From contig CBDBLO010000002.1 of assembly GCA_965207075.1 (NCBI GenBank), positions 672,001 to 736,000 of the forward strand: a stretch of 64,000 nucleotides of DNA. Reading direction: 5' to 3'. The notes below the pieces were generated by a model that was not told the DNA's origin, searched no databases, and was given only the letters and a program-made list of their open reading frames with translations. Source of the stretch: Nitrosopumilus sp. GTDB taxonomy: Archaea; Thermoproteota; Nitrososphaeria; Nitrososphaerales; Nitrosopumilaceae. Below, in pieces: positions 9,814 through 19,545 of this stretch (positions are counted from its first letter, which is position 1; every line of letters starts with the position of its first letter). A program made the translations under genes and the position numbers.

Positions 9814-9859
9814 ACCTGATTCCTTAAAAGTTAAATCAAGTCGGTGGTAAAATTTTTAC

Positions 9860-10942
9860 ATGTGCAGAAATACGCGGATTTTAATCGGTACCATTAGAAA
9901 CAGAATTTTTCACGCCCATAACCTCTCTGCGGCCCTTTCTAAGCTGGGAGTAGAATGCAAGGTAGTGCTGGACTCCGAAACATATGACGGATTTCCATAT
10001 CGCAAAACGTTCCAGACTCGACGCCGAATACACAAGCTCTTTGATGAGTTCAGACCCAGCGCCGTGATGGGCACCTATCCAAACCTCTTCTGCATAGCTA
10101 CACTCGACAGAAACATACCGCTGCTCTTACAACTGAGAGGGGATTATTGGTCGGAGATGAAGTGGCTGAGAGATACGATATGCCGAAGCCCACTGAAGAG
10201 ATCAGTACTGTACTTCAAGGATAGGATCGCCCGTAGATGTTTTGCAGAATCGGCCATGATTCTACCAGTATCCGACTACCTCAAAGGCATAGTGGATCAG
10301 AAGTATCCAGACAAGTCGACCACTATATACACTGGAATGAATCCCGACATATGGAACGGGGACAGTGCAAGTGCAGTAGGTGATGTGGGGATACGCGTGG
10401 ACATCAAACACCCCTGTGTAGGACTGTTGCAGAATGCCAATGTATGGGGCAAGGCACGCGAGATGCTAGTGCTACCCAAAGTGATGAAGGCTTTGCCACA
10501 TGTCACGTTTTACTGGGCGGGGGATGGCATGTACATGGATCGCGTACTCCCAGATCTTCTCAAGTGCGACAATTTTGTATGGCTTGGGAACTTGGACGGT
10601 CAGGACACCGTGCGTAAGTACCTTGCAGAGATAGACGTGTACGCTCTAGTCAGTGGCGCGGACATGCTCCCCAATTCAGTAAGGGAGGCGGAGCTCATGG
10701 AGAAGCCCGTGATAGCAACCAACGTAGGAGGCGTGTCCGAGGCTATGCAGGATGGAGTCACGGGCTACTTGGTCGAGAGTGGCAATGCCACCCAGATGAC
10801 GAGCAGAATTCATGATTTGTTGGACAACGAGAAAACATCTAGAAAAATGGGCCAAATGGGGAAGAAGTTAGTTGAGGAGAAGTTCAACTGGGACAGAATA
10901 GCCTCGGATTTCATCAAGGCAGTGACACCTGCACTAAGATAA
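9860..10942 (+). CDS. Glycosyltransferase family 4
   Basis: DMLPNSVREAELMEKPVIATNVGG...DGVTGYLV and FNWDRIA. Confidence 0.92.
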   Translation: MCRNTRILIGTIRNRIFHAHNLSAALSKLGVECKVVLDSETYDGFPYRKTFQTRRRIHKLFDEFRPSAVMGTYPNLFCIATLDRNIPLLLQLRGDYWSEMKWLRDTICRSPLKRSVLYFKDRIARRCFAESAMILPVSDYLKGIVDQKYPDKSTTIYTGMNPDIWNGDSASAVGDVGIRVDIKHPCVGLLQNANVWGKAREMLVLPKVMKALPHVTFYWAGDGMYMDRVLPDLLKCDNFVWLGNLDGQDTVRKYLAEIDVYALVSGADMLPNSVREAELMEKPVIATNVGGVSEAMQDGVTGYLVESGNATQMTSRIHDLLDNEKTSRKMGQMGKKLVEEKFNWDRIASDFIKAVTPALR

Positions 10943-11188
10943 GAGTCAACAGCCGCAAGAGTACGTCTCGTATGAGTTCACGTCTTCTTGTAATCGAGCA
11001 CAAATACTACGTTAAAGCTACCCTTTATCCATACGTGTGAATTCATACGTACGTCTCCAGAAATATCTATCTGCGATCAGAGCGTGTAAATTTGCGGTGG
11101 ACTGCGAATCCGGTTGTAGTCCACTGTCATACCCTGCGTTCAGGTATGCGACACTGTCCGTAGTTCGTTTGCATCTTACCCAAATCGC

Positions 11189-12463
11189 CTACAACCTGCC
11201 AGCTCTGCTCAGACGCACGCATTTTTCGGCGTACTCGTGGCCGAATCGCCTACAGGCATACCAGTACAACACCCGCTCTGCCAGAGGTGCCGGGACGTAT
11301 CTGATCGCTCGTTTTCCCGCCTGTTCTACAGCCATTCTGATCCGATTCCTGAACGTCCCGCGCCTAATGTGCGCAAGGCATTCAACGTATGATTCGCGCA
11401 GGTTTTTGTCGTCAATTTTTTCCAGAATGGATCGGCGCAAGGCGTCCGCGCTGAGCGATATGTCGGCGGCATTATTTGAAGATATGGATTGGCCGTGCAT
11501 GCGGTAGGCTCCAAGTATTCCGGGCACGGTCCATAGCCTGCAGCCGTGCAGCAAGCAGAGGCGCAGATACAGCTCGTGATCTATGGCATAGCGCAATTTT
11601 TCATCATACAATGCAAACCGGTCAAAAATTGAGCGGTGCCACAAACTTGCCGTTACGTTTACCGTGCAGCTGTGCAACAAGTACGTGCAAAGCTCAAATT
11701 GATCCGCGTCGTTCATGTCGATCTCTGTAAACGTTCCTATTTTTTGTCCTTTTTCGTCTATCAAGTCGTATGCAGAATAGAATATGTTGTTTTTGCCTCT
11801 GTCACCAAGCTGTTTTGCCGCGCGCACAAAGCTCTCCACAGCCTCAGGATACAGCACGTCGTCGGCGTCCAATCCTTTGTACCACTCGCCGGTCATGGCT
11901 TTGATGCCTGCATTGCGGGCGGATGCCCATCCACCGTTTGACTTCTGGATTGTAGTTATCCGATCCGCGTATCTTGCGAGCAACGAGGCCGTGTCGTCGG
12001 TGGAACCATCGTCCACCACTATGACCTCGACTAGTGGGTACGTCTGGTTCAGCGCCGATTCGATGGCCTGCGGCAGGTACCGCGCCGCGTTGTATGCGGG
12101 TATTATGATGGAGACTTTCCCCGCCGTGTATTTCCCATGCAGAGTTTCGTCTTGTCTATCGCGGTCGTCCGCGTGTTCCTTGCGAAGCGTGCTCGGAGTG
12201 AGACTGCCGCAACTTTTTCTCTCCACTGGCGCCGGAGTTTTGCCGCTTTGCCGCTCTCCGTTTTCTCTTTTCTCAGCTCTGTTTGCCGCATTGTCGATTT
12301 TATGGTTTCTATAAAACCCGCGGCTATTCTGTTCAGGCCTACTTTTTCTTTGACAAATTTTTTCCCCAACCGATCTGTCATTCTGGACATCTTCTCGTTG
12401 CCCAGCACGTCGGAGATCCTCTCTTTTAGTTGGTGCGTCTGGAAATTCTTCCACACTTTCCAT
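11189..12463 (-). CDS. Glycosyltransferase family 2 (true start uncertain; domain begins about 12130)
   Basis: VSIIIPAYNAARYL, VDDGSTD, ARNAG, LDADD. The 5' part of the ORF overlaps a GT4 remnant in another frame. Confidence 0.85.
   Translation of the reverse strand: MESVEEFPDAPTKREDLRRAGQREDVQNDRSVGEKICQRKSRPEQNSRGFYRNHKIDNAANRAEKRENGERQSGKTPAPVERKSCGSLTPSTLRKEHADDRDRQDETLHGKYTAGKVSIIIPAYNAARYLPQAIESALNQTYPLVEVIVVDDGSTDDTASLLARYADRITTIQKSNGGWASARNAGIKAMTGEWYKGLDADDVLYPEAVESFVRAAKQLGDRGKNNIFYSAYDLIDEKGQKIGTFTEIDMNDADQFELCTYLLHSCTVNVTASLWHRSIFDRFALYDEKLRYAIDHELYLRLCLLHGCRLWTVPGILGAYRMHGQSISSNNAADISLSADALRRSILEKIDDKNLRESYVECLAHIRRGTFRNRIRMAVEQAGKRAIRYVPAPLAERVLYWYACRRFGHEYAEKCVRLSRAGRL
12280..12445 (-). 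pseudogene. GT4 C-terminal remnant
   Basis: ERISDVLGNEKMSRMTDRLGKKFVKEKVGLNRIAAGFI is colinear with SRIHDLLDNEKTSRKMGQMGKKLVEEKFNWDRIASDFI of 9860..10942. Confidence 0.7.
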
Positions 12464-12651
12464 TGGAAATTGCGGGTATTAAATCTACTTGATCAGATTA
12501 TTTCCGTTATACTACTTTGCTTCATGTCCCTCCTCTTTATAGCACGTTGTATGTCTCTAGGGTTTGGCAGAACCTGTTACCGCCACTGCTTAGGTCACTT
12601 CTGTCCAAGTCGTCTTCAGGCCCCATAGATGTCCCCGTCCCATCGCTAGGG

Positions 12652-13686
12652 TTACCGGGCAGGCGCCTCCTGCAAGGCGCGTGAGATCGCAGCCAATATG
12701 CCCGCGTCAAATTTCCGCGCGTCAAAAGCCCGGATGTGCCTGCGTATCTTTGGCAGGTAATCATCAAACCCCCCCTGCAGCGCAGTCTCCAGCTTGGATC
12801 GCGCGTCAGCAGCGTCCGAGAATCGGTACCGAAGCGCCGACCACGGCACCGTCTCACGGTGTCCCCACATGTCCGGCACGATTGGTATGCAGCCTGCCGC
12901 CATGGCCTCTACCGTTGCGATTCCAAAATCCTCTGGCGCCGCATGGAAATACACTTTGCTCTCCGTAAGTACGCCACGTTTTTCGGACTCTGTCACGTCA
13001 AAGTGGCATCTAGCGGACGGGAACGCCTGCCGTATCAGCCGCGCATACTGTGGAGAGGCTTTGGTTGACCCGACAATGTGAAACGATGCGGCGTCTCCGA
13101 CCACACGGGCCATAAACTCAATCATTTTCGGGCGCACGATACGCGAGAGCGTCACGACCTGCCTGCGGCCCGCGTTGTGGTCACCGGTCGCGGTATTGAT
13201 TGGAGGGTACACGACCTCCACATGGAATCCGGCAGGAAAACGGGCCGCGGTGAATTTGGAGTTTGCCAGCAGGTGCAGAGGCTTGTGCCGCCACATGTCA
13301 GCTTGGATTTTCGTGAGCAACGCGACACTGCAGCGCCACCTGAATGCTGCCGCCATGTACGACGGATTCACGAACCGGCGGCGCGTCCGCGAGTTCGAAA
13401 GACTCTCCGGCGTTGGTAACGCGTCCAAGAGCCCTTTATGATGTGTGTATACGACTGCTGGCTTGGGGCAGTCAGGCGCGGCGATCATGTTAGTGGGATA
13501 GAGCAGCAGGTCGCATTCCTTGGCGGCGCGGCGCGCCACCAGCGGCCATGTCAGCATGCCCAACGGTGACTCTGGGTACTGGCGTACGTCGTAGCCCGCG
13601 CTCTCAAGGGCCTGCACGGCGGCCTTGACCACCGTACCTATTCCACCCTTGGGGTTGATTCGCTGTAAGATTACACCGATTTTCAC
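12652..13686 (-). CDS. Glycosyltransferase family 4 (ALG11-like)
   Basis: ANSKFTA, VVYPPI, EDFGIATVEAMAAGCIP. Confidence 0.9.
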   Translation of the reverse strand: MKIGVILQRINPKGGIGTVVKAAVQALESAGYDVRQYPESPLGMLTWPLVARRAAKECDLLLYPTNMIAAPDCPKPAVVYTHHKGLLDALPTPESLSNSRTRRRFVNPSYMAAAFRWRCSVALLTKIQADMWRHKPLHLLANSKFTAARFPAGFHVEVVYPPINTATGDHNAGRRQVVTLSRIVRPKMIEFMARVVGDAASFHIVGSTKASPQYARLIRQAFPSARCHFDVTESEKRGVLTESKVYFHAAPEDFGIATVEAMAAGCIPIVPDMWGHRETVPWSALRYRFSDAADARSKLETALQGGFDDYLPKIRRHIRAFDARKFDAGILAAISRALQEAPAR

Positions 13687-14053
13687 GTTTTATATCAAAA
13701 ATACGTTATTTTATATTTATACTAACCACGGATAGCATTACGACAACCATTCTCCCTTGTGCCTGTATTGAGTTCTAGGAGTTTGACATAACCGCTGACT
13801 CCGCATCTCAAAGTCCAAGCCCCGATTTTACAGCCCATTCTAGGTCACTAGGACTTGACAGTATAATACGTGGCATGGCATTATAAGTTTACTTAATTAT
13901 ATAATCTCCAAGTCGGTCAGTCGCGCAACCCCGTCTATGTTTCATTTTGTAGCCGAGAATATCTATCTGGAATTCAGGTCATACATCTAACTACAGTAGG
14001 CGTTAGCGAGCCGGCACACGCGGCAATGGATGTGCTGCAATTAACCCAAAAAA

Positions 14054-15295
14054 TCATTGCCGTCCTACATGGATAACAGTTATGTCGTCACGTTTCTGCA
14101 CATATCCGAACGGATCAATAACCACGCTGCTGCCCGGGTATTCAAATTGGGCAAACTGCTCGTGACGGACACCAACGAAGAATACGGACGGCTCAAAGTC
14201 TGGCGCCGCCCCGTCCACGTACGGATCCCACATGGTAACGGGAACCGGCTTCCGCCCCGTCGTCAGTTCGTTGTACAGCCTGACTGCCGGGCTGCCGACC
14301 GTAAGGTTGGTTTCAGGCTTGTACGACTTGCCAAGTATGACTTTTGGCAGGTTTTCGTACTTGAGCATCATGTCCGCAAACCACTCTATGTGGTGCTCCC
14401 TGACCCTCATGCCCTCAGTGTATACGTCGTTTGACAGGCTGTGGCGCTTTGCAAAGTCCGCAAGAGCGATGTTGTCCCGGGGATGGCACCCCCCGCCGTC
14501 TGGCATGCCGCCCCTCATGTACGACGGGCTGATGATTCTCTTCGTGCAGTCCGACAGCGCGTCTATCACGACGTCCACGTCCGCCCCCTGATCCTTCATT
14601 TTGTGGCACACCTCCATCAGGTTGTTTGCAAAGTTGATCTTCATCGTAATGAACGTGTTGTAATTGACCTTTGCCAGCTCGGCGTTGACTATGGCCATCT
14701 CATGGAATGGAGCATCTGTAATGGTCCGGTAAAACTCTTTTGCCTTCGCGACCGCGTACTCGTCATCGACTCCAAACAGTACTATCTCGGGGTTTAGAAA
14801 GTCCTCTACAGTTGTACCCATTGCGATAAAGAACGGGTTGTAGCACAGCTTGACATGCCTTGAGAGGAGCGGCTTTATTTCACGCTCGATGGTTCCGGGC
14901 AGGACAGTGCTGATTATCACCACGACGCGATCCTCGCCCAGCTGGTCAAGCTCGGCCGATATCGACCTGCACGCGTCCTTCAGGTACGTATAGTCAAAGT
15001 CGGCGGTGGTGTCTGGCAGCTTTGTGACTCCCTCGTACAGCGGATCATGCGGCGTCTGGACCGGCACGAACACGATCTCGGAGCGCCGTAGCACGTCCCG
15101 GAGCGGAACGACCTCCAGTCGGGTCTTGGCCAGCAGATTCTCCACGCGCTCCTCCATGTACGGTATGCTCTTCGTTCTTATGTAGTCCGATATGCGGGGG
15201 TCGATGTCATACCCAACCACGGAGTGCCCCTTGGATTCTATTGCCAGCGCCGATGGAAGGCCCAGTTTTCCAAGCCCCACAAACCCCACGTTCAT
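14054..15295 (-). CDS. UDP-glucose/GDP-mannose dehydrogenase family protein
   Basis: GFVGLGKLG, VQTP, ISTVLPGT, YNPFF, AELAK, GGGCHPRD. Confidence 0.92.
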   Translation of the reverse strand: MNVGFVGLGKLGLPSALAIESKGHSVVGYDIDPRISDYIRTKSIPYMEERVENLLAKTRLEVVPLRDVLRRSEIVFVPVQTPHDPLYEGVTKLPDTTADFDYTYLKDACRSISAELDQLGEDRVVVIISTVLPGTIEREIKPLLSRHVKLCYNPFFIAMGTTVEDFLNPEIVLFGVDDEYAVAKAKEFYRTITDAPFHEMAIVNAELAKVNYNTFITMKINFANNLMEVCHKMKDQGADVDVVIDALSDCTKRIISPSYMRGGMPDGGGCHPRDNIALADFAKRHSLSNDVYTEGMRVREHHIEWFADMMLKYENLPKVILGKSYKPETNLTVGSPAVRLYNELTTGRKPVPVTMWDPYVDGAAPDFEPSVFFVGVRHEQFAQFEYPGSSVVIDPFGYVQKRDDITVIHVGRQ

Positions 15296-15570
15296 TGCTC
15301 GGAGGGTTTGAAATGTCAATAAAAGGATAACCGCCAGTTGCAAGCGCAATGGTCTCGAGCGACGTTTGGGATTTTTATAAGACGCGCGGCCACGCATGGC
15401 ATGGTTTTACGAGGCAAGTTCTTCACGCAATGCGGCAGCGTGCATTCGAGTTTGAGCACTGGCATCCCGCGCCGTGAGCGCTGTTGCCAGCTCGGCTGCA
15501 CTGCCCTGTTCTGCACACCGACATTCGTGGAGGTGTGTATCCCCGATGCCCTGATCAGGGGATGATGTGA

Positions 15571-16551
15571 ATGAAGTTCAGTGTGGTAATCCCATTTAAG
15601 GACTCCCCACAGGAGCGCATATTTGCAGCAAAGTCGATCCCTGCGGCCATTGCACTCAAACCCGACGAGCTGGTGATAGGAGTGGACTCGCCCGCAAGCG
15701 AGGAACTTCTGGGGTTTGTAAAGGGGCTTGCAGAGCGCGAGTCGTTTGACGGACTGCGCGTGGTGGAGGTGTCGCGCTCTGCCGGCTGGAAATTCCATCT
15801 GGCCTGCGTCATATGGGAGTGCTATGCGGAATGTCATAACGATGCTATACTCTTATCCAACATTGACGTGGTGCTGAGGCCTGCCGTGCTGTCGGGACTT
15901 GAGCGCCTGCGGCAGGATGGCGCCGCGCTGGTCTGCTTTCCGGAGAAGATGCTCGTAGATGGCCCGCGGGCGGCGATCAAGTACATGTTCGTCAAGCGCT
16001 ACCTGCAGACGCACGATGCGCCCAGCGGCGTCTTCTGGGTGGACAGGCCCCAGATGCTAGAGGACGTCAAGTTGAGCAGGCTGAAGAGCATAGATAACGG
16101 CATCGACACGTGCATTATAACAACCATGATGGCAAATGAGGCGCACAAGTCCATATACGTGAGGGAGTTTGCGGCTGACAGCCTGGACATAACGAATCCA
16201 GATCTCCCATGGCGGCAGTTTCAGAAGGGCGTGTGGCTGTACGCGAGCCTTGAGCGCGTCCAGAAGGAGCGCCTTGAGCGCATACGGGACAGTCGTACGG
16301 CATGGAAGAGAAGGCTTATGGACAAGCTGCTTTACAGGTTTCCACGGGCCAGAATACTGCTGCTGTCCTTTGCAACACAGCGTCCGTGGATAGTGCGCGG
16401 GTATAGTTGGGCCCAAAAGCACGAGACGCACGCGGCCGTCACTGAGGCCAAAAGAATGACGTTTGATGAGTACGTCATGACGGGAACCAGACACATCAAG
16501 GATATAGATCAATGGAGCGAGCACGGCAGAACTGGCACCGGGTTCGGGTAA
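15571..16551 (+). CDS. GT-A fold (GT2-like) glycosyltransferase
   Basis: MKFSVVIPFKD, DELVIGVD, LSNIDVVL, located in the glycosylation cluster. Confidence 0.7.
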   Translation: MKFSVVIPFKDSPQERIFAAKSIPAAIALKPDELVIGVDSPASEELLGFVKGLAERESFDGLRVVEVSRSAGWKFHLACVIWECYAECHNDAILLSNIDVVLRPAVLSGLERLRQDGAALVCFPEKMLVDGPRAAIKYMFVKRYLQTHDAPSGVFWVDRPQMLEDVKLSRLKSIDNGIDTCIITTMMANEAHKSIYVREFAADSLDITNPDLPWRQFQKGVWLYASLERVQKERLERIRDSRTAWKRRLMDKLLYRFPRARILLLSFATQRPWIVRGYSWAQKHETHAAVTEAKRMTFDEYVMTGTRHIKDIDQWSEHGRTGTGFG

Positions 16552-16959
16552 CCACAGTATGGTTCATGTGACTGTGACTGATGTGAGAGGGGGAGGGAAA
16601 CCGGAAACGGTTTGGCAAGGTGGTGGCAATTGCATGAAACGTCAGAATCCTGAACCGGTTCATATGAATCCGCGAAAAGGGGCAAAAGATCCCGTCGTAC
16701 GAGACCGCGCGGCGCATCCTACCAGTCAATCAAACTAGCGGTGCAGACATACCCGGCAGGCGCGCTGTCTTTTGGGTGACTACAAACCCCCCCAAACAGT
16801 CGTGTATGGTGGCCGATCCTGCATGCAACGGATCTGACAAACCCGTCGGGACTCGTAGGCAGGCCAAGCACAAATTTGGTACAACCCCCTGTACATGTAC
16901 TGTAAGCAAAGGGAAAGCCCATCACGTACATATAACACAAACCGAGGGCAAATCCAGAT

Positions 16960-18123
16960 ATGAGGGTGCTCATACCCGGTATAGACGGCTACATAGGATG
17001 GTCACTGGCCCAACACCTCCTTGCAAGGGGCGACACGGTGGCAGGCTTTGACAACCTCGCAAGAAGGAAGAACGTGGCCGAGATGGGCTCGCACTCGGCC
17101 ATACCCATACTGGAGTTTGAGGAGAGGTGCAGGATGCTGGCCGAAGAGTACGGCGATCGCGTGCATGCTGTACGGAAGGGCGACATGTGCGACTATGACT
17201 TTGTAGACGGGATGGTGTCGGGCTTTGAGCCTGACGCGGTGGTGCACCTGGCAGAGCAGCCCTCCGCGCCGTACAGCATGATAGATCATAGTCACAACAC
17301 GTACACCCAGCACAACAACGTCATCGGGACGCTGAACCTACTCCACTCGATCAGGGAGCACGCCCCGCGCGCCCACTTGGTCAAGCTGGGCACGATGGGC
17401 GAGTACGGGTACGACACCGGAATGGACATACCCGAGGGGTTCTTTGAGATGGAGTTTCGCGGAAAGAGGGCCAGGGTTCCCTATCCACGGATGGCTGGCA
17501 GCTGGTATCATTGGACCAAGGTGCACGACAGCAACAACATCATGTTCGCGTGCAAGCTGTGGGGGATCAGATCCACGGACATCATGCAGGGCATAGTATA
17601 CGGAACAAGGACGGATCAGATGAAGGACAAGAGACATGCAACGAGGTTTGACTTTGACGAGGCGTTCGGGACCGCTCTCAACCGGTTCTGCGCGCAGGCG
17701 GTGATTGGGCACCCACTCACGGTTCATGGAAAGGGCGGACAGACGAGAGGGTTTCTGGCCCTCAACGACTCTCTGCAGTGCATGACGCTGCTTCTGGACA
17801 ATCCCCCGGATCAGGGCCAGTACCGAGTAGTAAACCAGTTTGACGAGCAGTACAGCGTTCTGGAACTGGCAAACAAGGTGGCGCGGATCGGAGGCGACAT
17901 GGGTCTTGACGTTGCCATAAAGAGCAAGAACAACCCGCGCCGCGAGTCAGAATCCCACTACTACAAGGCAGATCACGACATACTGCTGTCGCTTGGATTT
18001 CGAGCGACGCGCCGCATCGACGACGAGATTCGCATCATGCTGCAGGATCTCGTCACGCACAGGGACAGGATTTTGGAGAAGAGGGACGTCATTGTGAAGA
18101 ATATCGCGTGGGACAAAAAGTGA
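16960..18123 (+). CDS. sqdB: UDP-sulfoquinovose synthase (SqdB/Agl3)
   Basis: GIDGYIGW, HLAEQPSAPYSM, KLGTMGEYG, YHWTKVHDS, RFDFDEAFGTALNRF, VVNQF. Confidence 0.93.
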   Translation: MRVLIPGIDGYIGWSLAQHLLARGDTVAGFDNLARRKNVAEMGSHSAIPILEFEERCRMLAEEYGDRVHAVRKGDMCDYDFVDGMVSGFEPDAVVHLAEQPSAPYSMIDHSHNTYTQHNNVIGTLNLLHSIREHAPRAHLVKLGTMGEYGYDTGMDIPEGFFEMEFRGKRARVPYPRMAGSWYHWTKVHDSNNIMFACKLWGIRSTDIMQGIVYGTRTDQMKDKRHATRFDFDEAFGTALNRFCAQAVIGHPLTVHGKGGQTRGFLALNDSLQCMTLLLDNPPDQGQYRVVNQFDEQYSVLELANKVARIGGDMGLDVAIKSKNNPRRESESHYYKADHDILLSLGFRATRRIDDEIRIMLQDLVTHRDRILEKRDVIVKNIAWDKK

Positions 18124-18508
18124 GAGACGCGCAGGGGTTTGTATTGCGACGGGCCGCGGCCAAACCGTCCGGCATCCTATAAGGTTGCAGACGTCCAAAG
18201 TATTAGCAAGCCTGTATGTTTGCGCCGCAGGCAAGTCCCAAGGCCGGGCAGGGCCGGGCGTGGCACGCGCTCTTGCTGATGCGTACACTCTCACATGCAT
18301 ATTACCCCACCCGTACAGGAGCAGGCCCCACACGGGATTGCGCGACATTGCGTGGGCCGGAGGATACATGTGACCACCAGAAACCGTCATGCTTGCACTC
18401 GGGCCTGCGGCGGAAGCGGCGGTTTGTCACATGATCCGCTGCGGGAGTCCGTGCCGCGCGAGTTATAACCCGGCCGAGTCTGGGACATGCAGGGAGGCGC
18501 ACTGTTAG

Positions 18509-19423
18509 GTGAGATATTTGGTGACCGGCGGGGCCGGCTTTATTGGGAGCCATATAACAAGGGCCCTGCTTGACGCGGGACACTCGGTGCGGGTGCTGGA
18601 CAATCTCTATGCAGGCTCCACGGACAAGCTGCTTGGCGTTATGGACAAGATAGAGTTCATCAAGGCCGACATCCGGGATGTGGACTCCTTGGAGTCCGCC
18701 ATGGGCGGATGCGACGGCGTGTTCCACGAAGCGGCTCTCGTGTCGGTCCAGAGATCATTCGGCATGAAGGAGGAGTACCAAGACGTGAACGTGAACGGTA
18801 CGAGGAACGTTCTTGATGTGGCGGCAAAGCACAATGCTAGGGTTGTATATGCCAGCAGCGCTAGCGTGTACGGAAACGTCCGGCGCCTGCCCATGCGCGA
18901 GGAGGATGCGTCCCGCACGCCCGTAAACCCCTACGGCGCCACCAAGGCAGAGGCCGAGATCACGTCCCAGAGGTACATGACGGGCGGGGCTGGGGTTGTG
19001 GGCCTGCGCTACTTTAACGTGTATGGGAGGGGACAGACCAGCGCGTACGCGGGGGTGATAACCCAGTTTATGAGGAGGCTGAAAGAAGGCGAGCCGCCGA
19101 TAGTCAACGGGGACGGCCTCCAGTCGCGTGACTTTGTGTACGTGATGGACGTGGCGTCGGCCAACCTAGCTGCCATGGCCAGTGCCACGAGCGACGGTTT
19201 TTTCAACGTGGGGACGGGCAGGAGCACTACCATAAACGAGCTGGCACAGACCATGATTCGCGCCTACGGCGTGGATGTGGTTCCCGAGCATGCAGATCCG
19301 CTGGCAGGAGACGTGCGTGAGAGCAGGGCGGACACGTCTCTGACGGAGCGGTCCATACCGTGGAAGTACTCCACGGAATTAAAAGACGGCATAGAAAGTT
19401 TGGTCGGCTCTTCGTCTGCCTGA
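18509..19423 (+). CDS. NAD-dependent epimerase/dehydratase (GalE-like)
   Basis: GGAGFIG, YASSASVYG, YGATK, LRYFNVYG. Confidence 0.93.
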   Translation: MRYLVTGGAGFIGSHITRALLDAGHSVRVLDNLYAGSTDKLLGVMDKIEFIKADIRDVDSLESAMGGCDGVFHEAALVSVQRSFGMKEEYQDVNVNGTRNVLDVAAKHNARVVYASSASVYGNVRRLPMREEDASRTPVNPYGATKAEAEITSQRYMTGGAGVVGLRYFNVYGRGQTSAYAGVITQFMRRLKEGEPPIVNGDGLQSRDFVYVMDVASANLAAMASATSDGFFNVGTGRSTTINELAQTMIRAYGVDVVPEHADPLAGDVRESRADTSLTERSIPWKYSTELKDGIESLVGSSSA

Positions 19424-19545
19424 AGGTTGCCCCACGTCTTTTCATTCTAGGCAAGGGGCAAACGGATACAGGGTTGTGCGCGCCGTACACGCTTCGCGCC
19501 TCAGGTATGCAAGCGTTTGATTGACAGCATACATCCCGCAGGCCA

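Larger units (their letters stand above)
7206..9816. mobile_element. Non-autonomous IS6-family cargo element (sulfotransferase cargo; right TIR split by IS110)
   Basis: Left TIR AGTTCTATTGCGAATTCGTGA at 7206. Right TIR TCACGAATTCGCAACAGA (8386-8403) plus ACC (9814-9816). 8-bp TSD TGATTCCT at 7198-7205 and 9817-9824. Confidence 0.85.

Noticed and set aside
12550-13870. CTAG-associated motifs (CTAGGGTTTGGCAGAACC at about 12557, CTAGGAGTTTGACATAACC at about 13776) as IS ends around the GT4 gene
   Set aside because: They are in the same orientation and weakly similar, with no inverted partner or TSD that I could verify.
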